From positions 10,702 to 74,701 of the forward strand of contig CAZGMQ010000005.1 of the NCBI GenBank assembly GCA_964526745.1: 64,000 nt of DNA. Reading direction: 5' to 3'. This DNA is from an uncultured Verrucomicrobiota bacterium. GTDB lineage: Bacteria; Verrucomicrobiota; Kiritimatiellia; CAIQIC01; Lenti-01. How positions within the stretch are numbered: position 1 is the stretch's first letter; the number at the start of each line of letters is the position of its first letter. The position numbers were made by a program, and so were the translations under genes. The notes beneath the pieces are model-generated. The model saw nothing but the letters and a program-made list of their open reading frames with translations. It made no database searches and was not told the DNA's origin. This document shows positions 17,671 through 25,300 of this stretch, in pieces.

Positions 17671-18354
17671 ATGCAATTGACTGTCAAAGATGCTGCCAAA
17701 GCACTGAGTGTTGCCGAGAAAACCGTATATCGCTGGATTCAGACGGGCGGACTTCCCGCGTATCGTGTGGCCGGTCAATACCGGATCAATCGCGCCATGC
17801 TGTTTGACTGGGCGACCTCCAAGCGCATCAACTTCATGAGCGATGAGCCGGAAGAGGAATCAGTCGCCACGGTGTTGCCGACATTGGCCAGTGCGCTTCA
17901 GGAAGGCGGCATCCATTACCGCGTAGGCGGTGCGGACAAAGCGGAAGTCCTGAAGGCCGTGGTGGACCTGCTGAAACTGCCGGATGCGGTGAACCGCGAC
18001 GTGCTCTACCAGGCGCTGATGACGCGCGAAAAGCTCCAGTCGACCGGCGTGGGCGACGGCATCGGCCTGCCCCATGTGCGGAACCCGGCTGTGCTGGAAA
18101 TCACCACGCCGATGATCTGCCTGTGCTTCCTCGAGGCCCCGATTGAGTTCGGTGCGCTGGACGGCAAGCCGGTTCACATCCTGTTCACCCCCCTCTCCCC
18201 GAATGTGCGGGTTCATCTGCATCTGCTGTCGAGGTTGTCTTTCGCCATGCGCGATCCGACCTTTAAGGGACTCCTGGCCCATGAAGGGCGCCGCGATGAA
18301 ATCATCGATGCCGCGCGGGCGCTGGAGCCGGAAGACAAACAGCCGATCGACTGA
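17671..18354 (+). CDS. Fusion protein: excisionase/MerR-type HTH DNA-binding domain plus PTS EIIA type-2 (PtsN-like) domain
   Basis: N-terminal LTVKDAAKALSVAEKTVYRWIQTGGLPAYRVAGQYRI (HTH_17-like). C-terminal GIGLPHVRNP...HILFTPLSP with the conserved phospho-His region of EIIA-Ntr. Confidence 0.7.
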   Translation: MQLTVKDAAKALSVAEKTVYRWIQTGGLPAYRVAGQYRINRAMLFDWATSKRINFMSDEPEEESVATVLPTLASALQEGGIHYRVGGADKAEVLKAVVDLLKLPDAVNRDVLYQALMTREKLQSTGVGDGIGLPHVRNPAVLEITTPMICLCFLEAPIEFGALDGKPVHILFTPLSPNVRVHLHLLSRLSFAMRDPTFKGLLAHEGRRDEIIDAARALEPEDKQPID

Positions 18355-18420
18355 AGAGACAGGGAAAAATTGGCCCGGTCAGGAGACCGGGAAATTCGCC
18401 ATCCAGATCACGATCTGTTG

Positions 18421-18455
18421 ATAAAAAAAGGCTCCGCGATTGCGGAGCCTTTCTT
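18421..18455 (-). terminator. Rho-independent terminator (bidirectional potential)
   Basis: AGGCTCCGC-GAT-TGCGGAGCCT hairpin flanked by A-run (plus) / T-run (minus), 15 nt past the stop of the giant minus-strand gene. Confidence 0.6.
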
Positions 18456-18470
18456 GGATGACGGCATCCC

Positions 18471-21400
18471 CTATTCGGGAATGATCACCTTGACGCGCAT
18501 CATCAGGAAGGTATTGCTGAAGGTCGGCAGTGTGACCTCACCATTCGTGCTGGACAGCGTGGTCTTCGTGGTCCAGTTCCAGACTTGAGAGGTCGGATTC
18601 AGTTCTGTCGCGGTTTGGAGCACATAGTTGCAGATCTGGCCACCGGTCTTGTCGAGGTGCAGCCGCCCCCCACCCAAGCCATTGATGTGGAGATGATCGC
18701 TGTTCGTCGGGTTGGTGCCGGCGAAGTACTCTTCGCGATCGCCGCAGGAATCCGTATCATAGTTGCTGTTGGTCGAGAAAGGATGCCCCGGGGGCAGGCG
18801 GTCTGTAATCCAATAATTCGGCACACCGTACGTCGTGGAGCTGGTTTTCGGACCATCGACCCTCAGGCCGGCCAGGTTCACAAAACTGAAAGCGAAGTTG
18901 CCCCACTCGTCGGGTGGTTCGTTATTGTCCAAAGTGGCATCCGCGCCGAGATACTTGCCGGAGATGAAGCGGTTGTCGTTGCTGGTGGAGCCGGTCACCA
19001 TTAGGCCGGACAGGTACAAATTCGTCAGAGCGGTGGCATTCGACACGCCGAAGGCCGACAGCGGAATGGCCGATTCCCAGTTCGCAGCGAGACGGCTGTC
19101 CGGGCCATAGCCCCCGAATTGCGAAAGGGCGGAGCCCTCCACGGCCACAATGGCATCCATGGCAGTGTCTAATTCGAAAATACCCTGACCGAACTCAAAG
19201 CCGTTGGTTGTATACATCTTGAAATCGAACAGGTCACTGTCGCCATAGACATCTCCGAGCAAGATCGCAATGTTGACAGGCGGCTGGTAGGCCGTGTTGT
19301 GCAGCTGGTTCAACCCCTCGGGGCTGACATTGTAGTTCCACAGGTTGGCGCTGCCCGCATTCGTACCGCCGCTGAGAAACACCATGTAGGCGTTGTTCTG
19401 GCTGTCATCGGGCAGGGCCACGCCCGTGCCGCCGATATACAGGTTCGTTTCATCGTAATTCACATAGATGCTGCCGAAGCTGCCGAAGCCGTTTGTGCCG
19501 CCGGTGGTGGCCGCCCCGCCGGACGTATCGAAGTCGAAGGCATCGTCGAGGTTGTCCGGACTGCCACCGCTGGTGATGACCGGGGTGTGCTCGACCATGT
19601 GCAGGGAGGCGATCCCGCCGAAGATGGCCTGATAGTTCGCTCCACCGTTGTTGTCCCAGACAATCCACGCATTGGAGGTAGTGCCAGACACGCAATACTC
19701 GAACAGAGTTCCATCGGGAAACGACCCGACATCCCGTGCCCAGAGATCATTGTTTCCGATGGTTCCGGACAGGGCCAGTGGTGCGTTCAGCCAGCTGGCG
19801 CCGCCATCAGCGCTGTAGATCAGCGAGACATTCGTGGCCGCGCCAATGGGCCAGGTCTCGCAGGAAATGACCAGCGTATTGGTTGGCGTGATGGAGCCGT
19901 TGAGAGGCATATGGGAGGTGTTTCCAACCCAAAGGGTTTCTTCCCCGCCACCGCCGGACTGCACGACGATGGAGTAGTTGTCACCGCGGTTGTTGTCGAT
20001 ATTGGTCGAAGTGGCGTTGGCCGCTTCAATGGTGTATTCGATCGTGGTGCCAGCGGCAAACAGGCCGAGTTCCGAGCTGTACCACTTGCCATCGTACGAC
20101 GTCCAGTTGGTATTGACGGCCATATACGCCTGGGCCCAGGTGCTGCCGCTGTTGGTGCTGTAGTTCAGGATCACGGAGGAGAGGCCTTCCGCAGGACCGG
20201 CTTCGGTGTTGATATAGAGCGGCGTGTCGTCCATCACTTCGCCGGCGGCGGGATAGCTGTAGGTGCTACGGACCCAGGCGACCGGGTTGGTGTCGCCACC
20301 GTTGCCGCTGCCGCCGGACTGTTCGCCGATCCAGACATGGATGATGTTCGAGCGGTTGGTATTGTTGTTGGAATCCACGGCCTCCACGAAGTAGTCGATC
20401 AGGCAGTTGGTCTGTCCGGCCACCGTGCCCATGTAGCGCTGCGCCCGTTCGCTGGGGGTCGGGACTTGCGGTCCCTGAACGGTCGGCCACCAGTCGGCGG
20501 TCATCGGAACCGCCTGCCAGGCACCCACGCCGGAACCGCCGGCGAACGTTTCGTTCTCGGTGGAGCTGATGGGCCAGTTGCCGTCATTGTCCTTGCGCCA
20601 ATAGAGGGTTGCATGGTCCACGCCGCTGACATCATCCACGAAGGTCCAGACATCGAAGTCCGAGGCCAGGGGTTCGGCTTCGTCCCACATGCGTCCACCG
20701 GGGTTGTAGGGTGTGCGTTGCGGCGGGAAAATGCTGGGGCCGCGACCATCGCCGCCCGTGTGGCGATCGATGACCTTCTGGGCTTCGGCATTGGCGAGGT
20801 TGCAGGCGCGGGTGACATTGCCGTCCCAGGGATTGGCGCGGTCGTAGTCCCAATACCAATAGCAACTCGTTTCGCCGTTCAGATAGAAATGCCAGGCCTT
20901 GGCCGTGTCATTGCCAATGCCCCACTCCACGTCGTTCATATCGCGGCTGCCGGACAGATAGCTGTTTTCCATGTCATCGGCCGTGAACACGCGATTCTGG
21001 GAAGCCACCAGCACACTCCACGACCACATATCCGGCATTTCGCCGCTTCGGTCTTCATAGGAGAGCCACTTCTCATAGTACGGGGTGCCGCCATCGATGC
21101 CGATCCAGCTACCGGGTTCGATGTGGATCACATCGCTGGGGGTCGGGGGATACATGTCCAAATAATCCTGGGCACTGGTGTACTCGAAATCCGGATTGCT
21201 GGCGGTCATGTCCACAAACGCCTGCTGCTGGCCGTTCCAGGCATCGGAGTTCTTCATGCCGTAGTTGTCGCCATCACTGTGGCACAGCAGCAGCATCGGC
21301 TTGTCGGCATTGTTGTTGGCCGCGATTTCACTGCCCCACACATTCTCGGGTTTGAAGGCGCCATAGCCGCCACGACCGTTTTCATTGCCTTCGTAGCGCC

Positions 21401-22241
21401 CGGCAGGCACGGCGACAATCTTCTCGATGTCGCCCGTATACGGATCGACATGGCGCGTGTAGTGCGGCTGGTAGGACCACGGCGCAAGGACCTTGGTCGG
21501 TGCCCACACGTTCTGCAGACCGACCCAGGTGCTGGCCAAATTGGTGGAGGTGCCGTTGCGCACATCCGCGCGGTTGGGTCGGCAGGAACTGCCGCTGTTC
21601 CACTCGAAATCCTCCACCGTGCGGAAGAGGTGGCCGTTATCGACGATGACCCATTCCAGCCCTTCCGCGACCAGCGCGGGAATCATCGAGCTGTCGAAGG
21701 CGCATTCCGGAGGCCAGAAGCCCTTGGAGTAGTCCCCGCCGGTATCCCAGAGATCCTTGTACTGTTCCTTGTGTAACTTGATCTGCATCCGCATCGACTC
21801 CACACTGGTCAGAGGCATCAAGCTGTGATGATAGGCAATGCCCACCACATCCAGACGCGGATTGTTCTCCGTAGTCCTGAGATTGTTGCGCGCATTCCGG
21901 ACGCTGCCGGCCCAGCCGGAGGGATCGCCCCAGATGGTTGAGTTGTTTTCGCCCAGCGAGCCGGAATAGCTCATCTGCGAACCGCCATGACCAAAAGCGC
22001 GGCTCACGGCGCCGGCCGGCCATTCGCGATAGCAGTTGTAGCGGTCGCCATCCCAGACATCGCCTTCGACGTTGAAATTGAAGCGGCTGTTGGCATCCGT
22101 ATTCCGGACGCTCTCATAGGGGTAGTAGATCGGCTGATGCATGTGCCAGAGATGCGTCACATGGATCGGCACCGCCTGGGCGGTCACCGTCGAAAGCAGA
22201 ATGGATCCCAGAATCAACAGTTTTGTCATGGTCATTTTCAT
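18471..22241 (-). CDS. Giant secreted GH57-family-like glycoside hydrolase with repeated CBM-like modules
   Basis: Signal peptide MKMTMTKLLILGSILLSTVTAQA. GH57 region I WHMHQPIYY, region III WPPECAF (putative nucleophile Glu), region IV CHSDGDNYG. About 3 modules of about 100 aa end in WDNNGGANY / DNNRGDNY, and a conserved module is shared with the next gene. Confidence 0.7.
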   Translation of the reverse strand: MKMTMTKLLILGSILLSTVTAQAVPIHVTHLWHMHQPIYYPYESVRNTDANSRFNFNVEGDVWDGDRYNCYREWPAGAVSRAFGHGGSQMSYSGSLGENNSTIWGDPSGWAGSVRNARNNLRTTENNPRLDVVGIAYHHSLMPLTSVESMRMQIKLHKEQYKDLWDTGGDYSKGFWPPECAFDSSMIPALVAEGLEWVIVDNGHLFRTVEDFEWNSGSSCRPNRADVRNGTSTNLASTWVGLQNVWAPTKVLAPWSYQPHYTRHVDPYTGDIEKIVAVPAGRYEGNENGRGGYGAFKPENVWGSEIAANNNADKPMLLLCHSDGDNYGMKNSDAWNGQQQAFVDMTASNPDFEYTSAQDYLDMYPPTPSDVIHIEPGSWIGIDGGTPYYEKWLSYEDRSGEMPDMWSWSVLVASQNRVFTADDMENSYLSGSRDMNDVEWGIGNDTAKAWHFYLNGETSCYWYWDYDRANPWDGNVTRACNLANAEAQKVIDRHTGGDGRGPSIFPPQRTPYNPGGRMWDEAEPLASDFDVWTFVDDVSGVDHATLYWRKDNDGNWPISSTENETFAGGSGVGAWQAVPMTADWWPTVQGPQVPTPSERAQRYMGTVAGQTNCLIDYFVEAVDSNNNTNRSNIIHVWIGEQSGGSGNGGDTNPVAWVRSTYSYPAAGEVMDDTPLYINTEAGPAEGLSSVILNYSTNSGSTWAQAYMAVNTNWTSYDGKWYSSELGLFAAGTTIEYTIEAANATSTNIDNNRGDNYSIVVQSGGGGEETLWVGNTSHMPLNGSITPTNTLVISCETWPIGAATNVSLIYSADGGASWLNAPLALSGTIGNNDLWARDVGSFPDGTLFEYCVSGTTSNAWIVWDNNGGANYQAIFGGIASLHMVEHTPVITSGGSPDNLDDAFDFDTSGGAATTGGTNGFGSFGSIYVNYDETNLYIGGTGVALPDDSQNNAYMVFLSGGTNAGSANLWNYNVSPEGLNQLHNTAYQPPVNIAILLGDVYGDSDLFDFKMYTTNGFEFGQGIFELDTAMDAIVAVEGSALSQFGGYGPDSRLAANWESAIPLSAFGVSNATALTNLYLSGLMVTGSTSNDNRFISGKYLGADATLDNNEPPDEWGNFAFSFVNLAGLRVDGPKTSSTTYGVPNYWITDRLPPGHPFSTNSNYDTDSCGDREEYFAGTNPTNSDHLHINGLGGGRLHLDKTGGQICNYVLQTATELNPTSQVWNWTTKTTLSSTNGEVTLPTFSNTFLMMRVKVIIPE

Positions 22242-22357
22242 CCGGAATCTCTCCCACGCATCCACGATCTGCTCTACCGGGGGCGATGACCCCGGCACTC
22301 CGTTGCATTCACCATCACCGGTCTCATCGCGACCGGCTGAATTCAGTCAAACGCTGG

Positions 22358-25300
22358 TTAGTTCCCGATGCGGGCGAAGTTTTCGCTGTAGGTATCGGCA
22401 TCGCCCCACTCGAAGGAGGAGTTGTAGGTCTCCACGCCCGGGGTGTCGGAGGTGCCGGAGCTGTTCGGGATGGTATCCATTGCTGACAGCGACCCCGCGC
22501 CCAGCATCACTGCGATGCCCGTGGATTCCAACTGCGCCTTTGTGATGCCGATGGAGGCCATCGGTATCTTCATCTCATAGAAACTGTCACGGTCCGTGCG
22601 GGCATGACCGGAAGTCTTGAAATTCGTAAACGTGCCGCTATCGTTGACGCGGTCGTCACAGTCCCACACGCCGTAAGCGTCACTAGCGATCAATGCAGCG
22701 CTGTTGGCCACATCGATGCCCCAGCCAGCGGTGGTGTTATAGGTCGTGCCCAGTTCCGTATCCCCGGCCCAGGTATCGCTCGACAGTGCCGTGGACATAT
22801 AGGACTGCCACAGGCTGCCGGCCATGTAGATCTGGTAGTCTGGCAGATTCACGCCGGACCAGTGGTTGCTCTTGGTCCACATATCACCGCCGATGCCGCT
22901 ATTGCCGCCACTCTTGGTGTCCAGCGCCGCCCAGATCAGGATGCCGTCATTGCGGCTGATGGGATCGCCGCCGCCCGCGTTGGACGGATCGACCACGTCG
23001 GTCACATCCACCATCTGCCAGGCGATATACACATTGTCGTCATCCCAGCAGGCCCAGAGATGAGAGAAGTCCAGCGGGGCTTCGTGCATCGTCCAGTTTT
23101 CGCCGAGGCTGCGAGGGTCGTCATTCACCACATCCAGCGCGATCAGCATGCTGTCCGTCCACTCGCCGCCCGTGTTATCCCCATCAATGGTGATGCCGCT
23201 GGCGCGGTACAGCCCCTTGGTCGGGTTCGTCGAATACGGCAGGTCACCGCCACCGCCGCCATTCACACTGATGCTGTAGTTGTTGTTGTTGTTGTTGTTC
23301 CAGGTGGGATTGCCCTGCCCGTCCGTCGCGACCAGCGCGTACTGGACCGTTGTGCCGGCGCTGAATCCGCTACCGAGATTGATCGACCAGGTGTCATTGC
23401 TGGCGTTCGCCGTGCCTGCGGTCATATCCGTGCTGGTCCAGGTGGAGCCGCCGTCCGAGCTATACGCGATTCCAGCGGAAACCGCCGCGTTCAGCGGAGC
23501 CGTCTCAAAAGAGATCGCCAGGGCTTCGCCCGCGTCCCAGGCGCCGCCGGTCGGATCGGTGCCGACATTCCCGGTCCAGGAAATCTGCAGACTGGCTTCG
23601 GTCCTTGTGAAGGTATAGACCTTCTGAGTGGTGACCCCGTTGATGGTGCTGCCATCCAGCGTCAGGGTGCGGCTCGCATCCACGGCCAGGCCGTCGCCGA
23701 ACACGATCGTGTCGCCATTCACATAGTCCGTGGCGCTGCCGCCTTCCACGGTATAGGTGGAGGAGGTCACATTCACGCCACTCACACTCAAGGTCACGGT
23801 CACGTTCGAACTGCTGAAAGAGCCGCCCGGAGGCGTGGCACTGACCGACACACTGTCAACCGGCTGGTTCACGGGCGGCACATTGACACGCACCCGCATC
23901 ATATAGCTCGCGACATCCAGGCTGGGCATGTCCATCGCCCCGTCGAGGCTGACCGCCGTAGCGCGAGGCGTCCAGTTCCAGTTGCCGTCAATGACTTCGT
24001 CCGCGGTATCCACCACGTAGCTGCAGGCCTGTCCGCCGACCTTGTAGACCGCCATCCGGCCGCCGCCCTGGCTCAGAATCACCAGAGAATCATTGGTGGT
24101 CGGATCCAAGCCCGCGAAATACGCGTGTCGGTCCGGTCGGCCGTCACTGTTGAAGTCGCTCGTATCTGTGAGGACGTAGCCCGGGGGGAAATTCGTCGAA
24201 ACCCACGAGTCCGGCACGCCCAGATCGGCATTCCCGCTCTGCGGCGGAAGGACCTTGGTCCCGCCGAGGTTCACAAAGCTGAAGGCAAAATTACCGTACT
24301 CATCGGCGACTTCCTCATTACCCAACGTGGCGCTGTCGCCGAGATACCGTCCGGAGATGAAGCGGTTGTTGCTGTTGGTGGGATTGGTGTCGCCCGTGAC
24401 CATCAGCCCCGACACATAGAGGTTGGTCAGGTCCGAGGCGTTGGTCACCCCGAAGGTCGCCAGCGGAATGGCACACTCCCAGTTCGCGGCCAGGCGGCTG
24501 TCCATGCCGTAGCCGCCGAACTGCGAAATCGCCGCGCCGTCCACTGCGGCGAACGTGGAGGCCCCCGCTGCTGTCGAGAAGACACCCTGGCCGAAGTCGA
24601 ACCCACCGCCCACATACATTTCAAAGTTGGTGAAGGTTCCATCGCCATATACATCGCCCAGCAGAATGGCGAGATTCACACTAGGCTGGAACGCCGCGTT
24701 GTGCGTGTTGTCGAGGCCGTAGGGAGCGCCGGTGGGACCCCAGAAGTTGGGTGATCCTTCGTTTGTTCCGCCGCCCAGCATGACCATGTAGGCGTTGTTC
24801 TGGCTGTCATCGGGCAGGGCCACACCCGTGCCGCCGATATACAGGTAGGTCTCGTCGTAATTCACATAGATACTGCCGAAGCTACCGAAGCCGTTGGTTC
24901 CGCCTGTGGTGGCGGCGCCACCGGTCGTGGCGAAATCGAATTCATCATCCGGATTGTCCGGCGTGGTGCCCGGGTTTCCATCATTGATGACCGGCGTATG
25001 TTGCACCATCCGCAGGCCGCCGACTTCACCGACGATAATCTGATGGTTGCTGCCGCCGTTGTTGTCCCATTCTTCCCGGGTCGCAGACTGGGAGAAGATA
25101 GCATACGAAACCACGGTTCCGTCGGCAAAGGAGCCCATGTCAACCGTCCAGGTGTCATTGTTGCCATTGGTCGCCCCCATCGTGAAGAGCGCCGCCTGCC
25201 AGTTCGCTCCGGCATCGGTGCTGAAGGCCATCCCGACATTCGTTGCGGCGCCGATCGGCCAGGTTTCCGCCGTCAGCACCACGGTATCGGCCGGGGTGAC

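Noticed and set aside
19299-21776. 825-aa plus-strand ORF antisense to the GH57-like giant gene. Likewise 22604-24754 and 24998-27016 opposite the GH13 gene, and 57567-61658 opposite the third giant gene.
   Set aside because: All sit fully inside much longer minus-strand ORFs that carry recognisable catalytic motifs and signal peptides. The antisense products are low-complexity (Gly/Arg/Ala/Val-rich) with no motifs, so they are shadow ORFs.
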